From: Klebsormidium nitens
Lineage: Eukaryota; Plantae; Klebsormidiophyceae
Assembly: GCA_000708835.1 (NCBI GenBank)
Contig: DF237579.1
Span: forward strand, 1 to 49,239
Direction: 5' to 3'
Length of the DNA: 49,239 nt
How positions within the stretch are numbered: the first letter of the stretch is position 1; the number at the start of each line of letters is the position of its first letter. The notes under the pieces are model-generated. The model saw only the letters and a program-made list of their open reading frames with translations, did no database searches and was not told the origin of the DNA. Below, one piece after another: positions 1 through 11,093 of the stretch. A program made the position numbers and the translations under genes.

Positions 1-584
1 AACCACCTACCTATCCTAGGCGGCCGCAATCTTCCCATGCACACAATAATTTAATGGCATGGCTTTGACGGCGATACCGAAGTCCAAGGTAATCAAGGGT
101 GTCGGAAATTGGAACGCCCAGGACGCAATAAGCCGATTAACTTTATGAGAGGCGTGGGACATTGGCCTAGCGGCCAAAGTCCTCCGCTGCTGAAAATTAT
201 ATGTTCTGATATATGTTCACTGTATGTCGTATGATGGCACTTGTCCAAGCTACCTTTACGCCTGGCGTTTTCCAAAATGCTGGCGATTCAGGCTAGACGG
301 TGCAGCCGCCGCTCCGCTCCGCGCACGGTGATACTGCTCGCGCATATTTCCCTACGTTATTGACCAGTCGGAGTGTGATGCTAGCGCGCAGTTCGCCGGA
401 CGGCACTGGACGGCACACGGTACCTACTTCCCGTCAGTGAAATCTAACGTCCACAGACTGCCGACCATTGAAATTGAAGTTTCTACTCTTTGTAACTTTC
501 GAATCGTTTAAGTTTAAAGTCAGAACTTCATCGACGACTCCCGGAGCTTTAAAAGTGCGGGCGGGTGCAGTAACAATTTCCTTA

Positions 585-845
585 ATGATTCCGAATAAAT
601 AAATAATTATTTGCATTCGGAAAGTAAGAAATTCGGATTTTCTTATTCGGAAAGTGGATGTTCGGAACGGATAAATATTTCTAGAATGGTACTCGGAAGC
701 CCCAAAACGGCCAAAATTAGGCTTAAAATCCCCTTCTTACTGGGAACATAGGGCATTCGGATTGTAGTCGGAATCTGCACAAATAATTCCGCTTTCCTGG
801 TCGGATTGTTGGAAAATAATTCGAAATAAAATCGTTCGGAATCAT
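585..845. repeat. AT-rich block with dense TCGGA motif repeats, bounded by an 11-bp inverted repeat (possible non-autonomous DNA transposon end or MITE)
   Basis: Nine TCGGA at about 617, 633, 647, 662, 693, 757, 768, 801 and 836. ATGATTCCGAA (585-595) is the reverse complement of TTCGGAATCAT (835-845). No target-site duplication identified. Confidence 0.4.
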
Positions 846-1517
846 CACGTTGGACTACGGTATCCTGAAAATTACGAACCGTCTGACTGTCGCTGCAATT
901 TTTGCTGGCACCACACAGAATTGCAAGCGACTGTAAAAGGGGGAGTTCCGGGCATCCTGTCGCCGCCTCGGACGCAGTGACTCATCTGCTATGAAGGAGT
1001 GACCGGTACTGCCGCAAACAACGGCGATTTCAATATTTAACTCTCAGCAAGAGTGCGCGTGTGATTGACGCGTGTTCTACAGGGTCATTGTGACGCCATC
1101 ATTTTGACTCCTCTGACCCAGATTCATCGGACACAATTCCAATTTCCGACTGGACCCTGGTCCCCTGGACCGACTCACAAGCTCGGCACTTGCCTGCGGG
1201 CAGCAGAGTCTGAGCAGCATTCCTCGCACTTCTCCATCAGGGTGAAAAGCGAACACTCTGAGAAAAGCTGGCCGATTGCCCTGCGTGTTTGGCAAGCCAC
1301 CAGTGCCAAGATGGTGCTGTGGTTTGCCTGTTTGCTGTAAGTACTGCGAGTAGCTGAGCTGCGCTCTACAGGGCGTCTGAGGGGGAGTACCCTCGTCGGT
1401 GGGCCAGCGTTTCTCTGGATGAGGTCCAACAAGTGGGGCAGCTGAGGCGGCCAAACTCCTGCCCAATCGTTTGTAGATTGACGTGCACCTTTGGTTTTCT
1501 CAAACTATTGAGTAATT

Positions 1518-4500
1518 ATGGCCCCTTCTTCCGCCTCCCCTGTCTCCCCCCGTGCGTTCCAAAGATCTCTGAAAAGTCTCGGCGATGCAGTTGGGTTCAA
1601 AAAGCGCTCGACCGCCGTCCTCCCAGCCCGTAGCTCCGAGGATGGACTTTTCACGGAAGACGCCCCGCTCCTCGAGGACCGAACGACCGACGTCGAGCTG
1701 GGGGACCTTGCCCAAGGTTCCGCTCACTTTGCTGATGTCAGCACTGCTGCGAGAGACGCCCCCGAGGCGACAGCTCACATCAGAGTGACGGGGATGACGT
1801 GCTCGGCATGCTCGGCGTCGGTGGAGAAGGCGGTGGGGCAACTAGACGGGGTACGGTCCGTGTCCGTGGCGCTGCTGCAAAACATGGCGGAGGTGGTGTA
1901 TGACCCGGGGCGGCTGCCGGTGAGGTTTTTTCTTGGCCATATCCAGATCTCCGCCAGAATTTTAGAAAATTGAGTTGCAAAGTCAGGATAGAGAAAGTGA
2001 GATGTCCCTCGTTGATTGGTTATATGTTGTTGAGAAAGTACCCGGTGAAACTTGTTTTTCAATCTCCCCACCCATTGAGGCTCACGCCAGAAGGACGTCC
2101 TAGGATGTCATCTGCCGCACTTTACCCCGGGGCCGATCAGCGGTTATTGTAGTGCAGCTAGCAGCAATAACAAGCATGTTATGGGGTGATTTTTCGCTTG
2201 AGGTTGTTGTAGCATTGCGCAACACTCCAATCGAGTGAAAGTCCGACAAAGACCAGTTCTGCGGGAGCCTTGAGTATCAGAAGCCAGGCAAGGGCAATTT
2301 GGCCTGTCGATAACCACATGCTGTCACTGGCACCCTAAGATCCTGGTTTTCAGGTTGCTTTGCTCACCCCCCCTGAAAAAAGAGCTGGACCTCACCTTTT
2401 GCCCATTCGTCCACTGTGGAAAAGAAGGCAGGCTGTGTGAACGGATTTACATTGAATTCTAACGAGGTCGGTGGCAGCTGAGCCTTTCTGTGAGCACGCC
2501 CCAACTGAAGGCGGTCTTTTGATTTGAGAATGCACGAGCGACAAATCTGCGGCGGAAAAAGGTTTGAAGAGGGCTGAAGTGCTTTACCAACTGTTGCTGG
2601 GGTTTCATATGGGAACGAAAAAAAGGAACTCGCGTGTGTGAACACATGTGAACACACTCCCTTCACACCCATGCAGCATCTGATGCTCAAGAAACCAGAA
2701 GATTCCATCCCCCATTCATTGTGTGGAGAAATTGACAACATGAATAGGAACGCAAACCACCTTCCCATGTTTCCATCTCTTACCCCCTTCTCCGCGTCCG
2801 CAGCACGCCGACATCGTCGAAGCCATCGAAGACGCGGGCTTCGACGCGGAGTTGCTCAAAGTCGACTCGCACGGGGGAACGGCAGAGACGAGCCAAACCG
2901 TCATTTCGCATATTGTGAAGGCCCGTTTCAAGATCGGGGGAATGACGTGTTCCGCGTGTGTCAACTCCGTCGAAGGAGCGCTGCGGGCGTTTAATGGAGT
3001 GAAAAGCGCACAGGTGGCGCTTGCGACGGAGGAGGCGCAAGTGGACTATGATACGAGGGTTATAGGCCCCCAGTAAGTTCCGTAACGTGTTTCTTTAACC
3101 ACAGGTTAGGCGCTTATTTGCTCAGGTTCCGGTTTCAGATTGGACTGGTTAGGAAAAGTGCAGCCACGGTCCTGGCTACTTCTCGTTTGCAACACGACTG
3201 TGTGAGCCAAGCACAGTGTCGTGAGATTCGGAAATGTTGAACTTGACCAAGATACCAGCCGGCTGCGCCCTTTGCTAAGTAACCTGAAAATTGGCACGCG
3301 CTCTCAAGAGCGGGTTGAAGTGGCTTCTGTAACCTTAAAAGCGGTGGGGCAGTCTTACATCTTGACTACCAAACGTAGTAAACCTGGCACCTTCTCGAAG
3401 CAAGGGCTTCTTAAGTCCAGAGTTCAGTCCGGGAGCCTTGAATCCTGCTTGTGTCTAAAGGTGCATTCGGGCTTATACGGGACAATTGTTTCAGAGGCTT
3501 TTGAACACGCTGCAGGGACATCGTCAATCGGATAGACGACGCCGGCTTCGACGCGGAGCTCGTTGAGACTGGGGAGAGTGATGGGGTTACTCTGTTGGTC
3601 GAGGGCCTTCTGTCCGAAACCGACGTGCAGTCCGTTCTGGACGCCCTTCGAAGCCTCAAGGGCGTCCGAGATGCGGAGCCCGATACGGCCGAAACTTTCT
3701 CCGCGCTCGAGAAGAAACGGGTCAGGGTTTCGTTCGACCCGGAAGTAACCGGGTTAAGAAACATGGTCAGGGCGGTTGAGGCGGCCGGAGACGGGGTTTC
3801 GAGGTTTAGGGCGTCGTTACCAAACCCGCTCGCGGCGCACGGGATGGATCGGTCAAAAGAAATCAAACGCCACCGACGAGACTTCTTTTTCGCGTTAGCG
3901 TTAACCGCCCCCAGCATGCTCCTCCCAATGCTCGCCATGCACTCGACCTCCCTTAGCCAGATCCTCTTAAGCGATTTCTTAGCAATCCGGTTAGTGGACT
4001 GGTTCAAGTGGGCGTGCGTGACCCCGGTTCTGTTCTGGGTCGGGTGGCGGTTCCACGTGGGTGCGTATCGGAGCCTAAAAAACGGCACCGCGAACATGGA
4101 CGTACTCGTGGTTCTGGCGGGGCAGACGGCGTATTGGTACTCGGTCGGGAGCGTGCTTTACGGGGCGTGGAACCCGGGCTTCCGCGTCGGCATGTTCTAC
4201 GACACGCCCGCGATGCTCGTCACGTTCATCCTCCTGGGAAAGTACATGGAGATCCTGGCCAAAGGTGGGTTAAGGCTTTGGGTTTAAGTTCAAACGAAGG
4301 TGCAAAAGGCGTGCTGTTGGTGTGTGGGAAGAGGTCTTTTCCGTGCGGGTTGATGGGAGGTTTTGCGCAGAACAGCCTACTTGTGGACGCAAATTCTGAC
4401 TCCGTTGACAGAGTCTGCAGATCGTTTTGTCCCGGAACTGACGAGCGCTCGATGGCTAGGAAGTTCAGGCGGCTTTAGAGGAGGCCGCAGGAGGCTGGGT

Positions 4501-7500
4501 CATGAAGTTCCATGTGTTTGAATGCTTATCTGCTCCACAATCTGACAACGAGGACCTGCAAAATGCCTGGTTCTACGACGATCGCACTCGTTACTTGACT
4601 CCCTTCGAAGAGGGTCCCACAATCGAGGCCATCAGTCGAACTTCTGCGACTTTCAGAGCTACGCAAAGTATTGCATTAAGTCGTCGCTGAAACAAAGGCT
4701 CAAAAAATCCGTCACGAGGAACCCATTTGGGCTTTTGTACAGGCCGCACGAGCGAGGCCATCAGTCGGCTGCTGCAGCTTGCGCCAGACACGGCGGTGCT
4801 TCTGACGGTGGACTCGGACGGCAAGCCGCTGACCGAGGAGGAAATTGACTCCGCGCTCGTGCAAAGGGGAGACATTCTCAAAGTGGTGCCGGGAGCCAAG
4901 GTACCATTTCTTGGGCCAATATTTTTTTCATGTCTAGGCTAAATACGAAGTTCAGGAACGATTTACAAAACCAAGAAGCGAATTACAGCTGTTCGCGTGA
5001 AAACACGTCGTCCGGTTCAGGACCTCCGAGCAGGTTCCTAATCTTGAGCCGTTCAGTGCATTCCTTGTGGACGATCGAACGGCTCATCATCAGGAATCAT
5101 GCTCGGAGCATCTGGATCCCATTGACAAGTCTGACGCAAAGAGCTGTGATTGCTTCGGGGTCTGAATGACTTTTTGCCGTTCCCGGAAGGGCGTATTGTT
5201 GAACTTGGCGTGCTTTCTTCCATTCTGATCTTAAACTTGTGCATCAAGTATGATAGATCTAAGTTTAAAGTGTTCGATTTTTTTGTCCTTCCGAAATCCG
5301 ATTGGATAGCTCTGTCTCAGCCTCAGGCTCCGCGATCTGCTCTTCCGGCGGCCTATCTCGTGATGAAGCCCCTCTGATCTCGACTTTGCTAGGCCAATCT
5401 AGTTGCTACAGTTTACCCGGCTCTCATCTTACATGGCCCCTGAGCCATAGATCTTTCGTACCTTTTTGATCCTCCGCTACCTGTCTTCAAATCAACTGGT
5501 CTCTGGTGCACGGGCAGATAGATGGACAAGAATGAGGCGGAGTTTTGCACCCACGCGCGAAGAAGTCATGCCGATTCGTGATGTTGCGTTTCTCAGAACC
5601 TGTCCAACCCCCACATCTGTACTTTCATCCAAACCAGAATAAGAGGCGATCTGTAGCGTCCTTAACCTGATAATCAACCCCGCAGGTTCCGGCGGACGGC
5701 CAGGTGGTGTGGGGGTCGAGCCACATCAACGAGGCGATGGTGACGGGCGAGAGCCGCCCCGTGCTCAAAGAACCGGGCCACGTGGCGATGGCAGGGACCA
5801 TGAATCTGAGCGGAGCGCTGCACGTGAGGGCGACTCACGTGGGGTCCGACACTGCCCTCGCACAGGTGAGGGGTTTGTAGTTCAGGAAAAGATGCTACGG
5901 ATCTGGGGTGAAATACTTGCGAGAATGGAGAGACTGGATTGTAACGGAATTGTACTGAGATGAGTTGGCTTTGAGACTAAGGTCCACTGGAAACACGTCC
6001 GAACGCCTTCACACATAAAGCGATTAGTTTGTAGGCACCTGACGTAGATCGTCCCTCGTGACGGTCTCGTGCATAGTCGTGCGCTTCCTGAGGCCTTTGT
6101 TCGCCGTGTTATAGATCCTGACCGTAATCAAAACCGGGTAAACTACGATAAGTGCAAGTGCCGTCAGACCTTCGTTACAGTGAGACTTTTCAGAATTTGC
6201 ATCCTAAACGGGGGGTGATTACCACCGTGATATAAGGTGCCTGTACAAGGGATGTAACGCCAATGACACATCTGTCTTCCCATACCTGCAGATTGTGCGC
6301 CTGGTGGAGGAAGCCCAATTGTCCGAAGTTCCATCCACCTAAATCAACGTGATCTTATTGAGTTGTTTTCCCGGTTTTCTCCAAGAGAAATCATCTTAAA
6401 GGAAAACCAAATTCGCAGATTGTGCGCCTGGTGGAGGAGGCCCAGATGTCCAAGGCCCCCATCCAAAAGTTCGCCGACGTCGTCTCCTCCATCTTCGTCC
6501 CGATGGTCGTCGCCGCCTCCGCGATCGTGTGGCTGGGATGGTACCTCGCCGGGATCGGCGGCGCATATCCCGCCACGTGGCTTCCCGAGGGCACGTCACC
6601 GTTCCTTTTTGCGCTGCTGTTTGGGATCGCGGTGCTCGTGATCGCGTGCCCGTGCGCGCTGGGATTGGCTACGCCGACTGCGGTAATGGTTGCGACGGGC
6701 GTCGGGGCGCAGCACGGGATTCTGATCAAGGGGGGGGACGCCCTTGAGAGCGCGCACAAGGTGAGAGAACCAGAGGAGCAGAGAGGAGAAAACGTTTAAT
6801 ACGGTCGATGTGGACGGAATCTGGTCGGTACGGTTTTGTTGTCTATCTCGGTAAGGCAATGAGTCGGTTGGCTCGATGATTGGAAGGGGAACAAGCTTGA
6901 GAGTTTGCAGACACCAGTGAGGGGTTTATTTGCGAGTTCCGGGATTGTGGTCGTCCCATCAAAGTGGAGGGTCAACCGCAGCCGAAACTTCGTTCGACTG
7001 GCTTCAAAACGTAGATGGCAATTGCTCTGTCCGGTTGTACGTTTGTCTTCTCGATGTGTCTGCACTAACTTGCAACCAAGCTTTTGAGGTTGTTTTTTCA
7101 AGTTTGTCTGGTAATAGTCAAGGTGGCCGTAATGATAAGGTGTCCTTGTCCACTCATAAGCTCGAGCACTCCTTCGGTGTAAGAAAATCCATCGGATGGC
7201 CAAGCGTCAACGACACCTCTTTGGATCTCTTCTCACGCCTTGCTTCTCTTCCGCAGGTCGGCGTCGTGGTTTTCGACAAGACCGGCACCCTAACCCAGGG
7301 CAAACCCACCATAACCTCCTTCCAGCACTACGGCCGCCGGCCGCCGCACGAAGTCCTCTCCCTCATGGCCGCCGCAGAGGAAAACAGCGAACACCCGCTA
7401 GCCGGCGCGCTTCTTTCGTACGCCCGAAAAGCGACTCAGGAGGGTCCGAAAAGTGCGGCGTCCGAACACGGGGTTAAGGATACGGCGTGGGTTAAGGAGG

Positions 7501-9337
7501 CCGAGGGGTTCGAGGCGGTCCCGGGACGGGGTGTTCGGTGCCGGGTCGGGGGTTTGGAGGTTTTGGTGGGGAGTCGGCGGTTGGTCGAGGAGCAGGGGGT
7601 GGAGATAGGCGAGCAGGCGGGACGGCACATACAGCAGGTGCGCGATGATTTTGGGATTTGGATCTTGTTCTACTTTCCTTTTGGTTTAGATTTGGGTATA
7701 CGGTTCGAAAGCCTTCATTAGGGCCAGCTGACACTCAGAAATGAGACGCGCAGATTCGGACTTTTGTCGTTTGTCTTAAAGCAACAAATCGCCTGGAGCA
7801 ACAAACTTCCTGCTCTTCAGCACGTTCTGCTTAATGACGAGCGTATGCTTTTCCAACCTCCAGCCTTTCCGCATCCTTGGAGAGTTCGTTCGGACGCTAT
7901 TGTCGTGACTGGTATCTGCGCTCGTCCGCACTCGTAAGTCATTGACCGCCGAGGTTGACCCGGTGCATTCTGACGACTACTACAAACTTGCAGCTTTCGA
8001 CCACAAATAAAAAGACATTCCTTCCCCTCTCTCGTTGCAGGAAGAGGCGCGCGCGCGCACAGTCGTGCTGGCCTCAATCGACGGACAGCTCGCGGGCGTC
8101 CTCGCGATTTCGGACCCGCTCAAGACGGAGGCCGTTCTGGCGGTGGAGGGCCTCCGGCGAATGGGCATTCGCTCCGTCATGCTGACGGGCGACAACTGGA
8201 GCACAGCGCGGGCAATCGCGGAGGAGGTGGGTTTGGCTGAGGGGACCGAGCTGTGAGATCGTTGCTGCTGTTTTCACTTTTTGGGGTCTTCGAGGATGTC
8301 GGGTTGAGTTGCTGTCTTCCGAGATCGTCGTGTGAGCGTTTGGACTAGTGGAAAGTTGCATCGTGGAATCGAAGGAGCGAAAGGAAGGCCGCCTTGAAAT
8401 AAAGAAAAAGAGGGTCTGGCCTGTCCAAATTGTGCTGCAAAGGAGCGGCAATAAAGAAGTCGACTTTTTTCCCTATGCAAGCAAATTCATTGAGCGACTT
8501 TCAGTAAATCGGCTTGGTCCTCCTTGTGCGTATGCCCGGTTTACTTCTCGGACGGTCTACAACTTCAGACTCTTGCCCACCGGTCCAAGTTCTTGACGTC
8601 ACAAGAATTGTTTTGCGACCAGCTTGGTTGTTTGATTCCATATCCCAAGTCCAAAGACGTGCATTAAGACCTCCAAGACGTTGGCTGTGAGATCCTGCGC
8701 CCGAGTCCCAAGATTTGAGCTCCGAAGTTTTAGATTCAAACCAGTACCCCACTCAACCCGGAAACAGCGCTGAAGCACCGAGCCCTGAACCACTAAATCA
8801 CTGAGTCACCAAGCCGCAAACCCTCTTTGCCACTAACACCCAGAACCTCCGCAGGTGGGCATCGAGGATGTGCTCGCGGAGGTGCTCCCCGGCGGCAAGG
8901 CCGAGCGCGTGCGGCAGCTCCAGGCCGACGGGACGGTTGTCGCGATGGTCGGCGACGGTGTCAACGACTCCCCCGCGCTGGCAGCGGCCGACGTGGGCAT
9001 CGCGATCGGGGCCGGGACCGACATCGCGATCGAGTCCGCTGACGTCGTGCTGATGCGCAACGACCTCGAGGACGTCATCACCGCGATCGACCTCTCGCGC
9101 AAAACGTTCGACCGGATCCGGCTGAATTACCTGTGGGCGATGGCGTACAACGTCGCGGGGATCCCCCTCGCGGCCGGGTTACTGTTCCCGGTGTTTCATC
9201 TGCGGCTGCCGCCGTGGCTGGCCGGCGCGTGTATGGCGTTCTCGAGTGTGAGCGTCGTGGGGTCGAGCCTGATGCTGCGGCGGTATAAGAAGCCGGGCGG
9301 CGGGAGTAGTCTGTTGGAGCTCAAGGTCATGCGGTAA
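1518..9337 (+). CDS. Cu(I)-transporting P1B-1 ATPase (RAN1/HMA5-like), 9 coding exons
   Basis: Exons 1518-1919, 2804-3072, 3516-4264, 4743-4900, 5686-5865, 6419-6760, 7257-7637, 8041-8226, 8855-9337; GT-AG introns with consistent phases. Motifs: two GMTCSAC metal-binding domains, TGES, CPC ([12 protein letters not shown]), [25 protein letters not shown] in TM7 and MAFSS in TM8. Confidence 0.95.
4608..4650 (+). repeat. Degenerate intronic copy of the start of Cu-ATPase exon 4
   Basis: CGAGGCCATCAGTCG is identical at 4624-4638 and 4753-4767, with weaker similarity on both sides. Confidence 0.6.
6285..6342 (+). repeat. Degenerate intronic copy of the acceptor and start of Cu-ATPase exon 6
   Basis: GCAG|ATTGTGCGCCTGGTGGAGGA is identical to 6415-6438. 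The copy reads [16 protein letters not shown] versus the true [16 protein letters not shown]. Confidence 0.85.
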
Positions 9338-11093
9338 CACCTGCTATTGTGCAGCTAGCTTGCTTTTGAAAGTACGCTTTTTAGGATGTAAAGCAGACGC
9401 ATAGGCTTGTGTTAATGTAGCTTATGCTCGATTAAACGAGTCCTGTCTCGGGTCAAGTCATAGAAATAGATGAGCCATGTCGTGCGTACTTGAACTGCAC
9501 TTTTTGTCCAACTATTCGAAAAGCCCAAATATAGAAACCCTCATCGGACGGCCAAGGTTCGAGGACCATTCGTCTCTAAATCATGCTAGTCTTGATATCG
9601 AAACTGACATAACTACTTCTATAGTCTGCGCCTCAAGCCGGGCCACGGTCACGCATGATTGTCAAGCATGTTGGATGCATGAGCTGAAGTGCTGTGAGCC
9701 TTGTGCATGCACGTATGTTACCCGGCGTATGCAGCAACCATGTGCACCGGCCCGTCATGAGTAACGTACAGCTTGCGCAATGCATGTCCAGATCGCGGTC
9801 ACTCGGGTCGCGGTCGGACGTGACTCAAACATGTGCGCATGCATGAAAGCTCCAAGCATCTGGATGACCGCGTCTGCCTGGCAGGCCCCGAGCATGATGC
9901 ATGCCAGGATTCCGAGGTACGACGGTATAGATGCATGGGCGGCGCTGATCGTTTGTGCAGTCAAATTCAAGCTGGCAATGATGGTGCGAGATCATGGTGC
10001 GTACATGATCATCATGTACGTATTAGCAAGGACTTCACATGTTTGTGGAGTGCGAATTACCATCTTGACGTCAGTATATTCCCAGCTACAACCTGAAACT
10101 GATTGACATGATCGACGTTAGGTCGATGTAATCTGAGTGAAGGCATAGGACCGTCAGCTTGAGGCTTCACTGAAACCTTATGCATCGGAAAAGTCGTGTA
10201 CCAACTCCCCACGGCCAATGCCCACAAGCGACAGTGACCGTCTTTTCGCAAACCGCGGGCTTACTGTGATCATTGTCAGGAGAGATTGCCATGCACGCTA
10301 TGAGTTTGATGAGTGCCTAGTGCGACTGCACGTTGCTTAATGGACTACAAGGACATATTTACGGTCCCTCGAGGCCTATCCTTGCAAGTCTTTATGAGGA
10401 AAAGGATCAGCACGAGCAAGATGATCCCGCGTGTTGTCAGATTTCCAAAGCAAGTGACGAACAGAAGTTGAACGGCCTCGTCACTCACTCTGCTCAGACC
10501 GAAAATAATATCCACGAACCTTCGCCCTAACCTTCTCGGGAGTACCACCAACCTCCTCGAGCTTAACTTAACAACCTTCCTCGGTAGCATGAGAGAGCAT
10601 TTATACCGCTGGCTAGAGCAGGTGCGCCATCCTCAACACATAATGCTGAGGCGCATCATTACTTTCTGATCAATGCAACGCAAGTGTACATCTTTGGCGT
10701 AAGGTAACTCTCCAGGTTCGGCACGGCGTTTCGCTGCATCCGCTCGAAGAGCCGCTCCGCTTTCTCGCTGCCGAGCGCGCCTGTGACCAGGGATTTGACG
10801 ACCGCCCAGACGAGGTCTGCACGCCACGTGTCCTTCGTCACCACTTCGAGAAATGCTTCAACTTGAAACACGTGGGATCATGCGCCACGTGGTCGTTTTC
10901 ACCGCTTCAATATGCGTATTAAAGTGGGCGTCGTACCGGGGCGGCCCAAAACGTCAGCACCGGTCACTCCCAAGCAGAAAATCAGGCACGGGGAATACTA
11001 CCGCCACTTTGAGTTTTTGGCGACAAAAGCGCCGAGGGCCAACCTGTGCAGTCGCCATATGACGTCATGCGGATGCATCCGCAGACGCCCTCT

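Noticed and set aside
400-1500. GTAC copper-response elements (CRR1/SPL7 sites) upstream of the Cu-ATPase
   Set aside because: About 5 GTAC in 1.5 kb is what chance predicts; no clustering.
3580-3800. Third HMA-like domain of the ATPase lacks CxxC
   Set aside because: A degenerate third metal-binding domain is normal for plant RAN1/HMA5-type pumps.
10700-10800. GSEKAERLF as a hAT transposase dimerisation motif
   Set aside because: The similarity covers only a few residues, with no other transposase motifs nearby.
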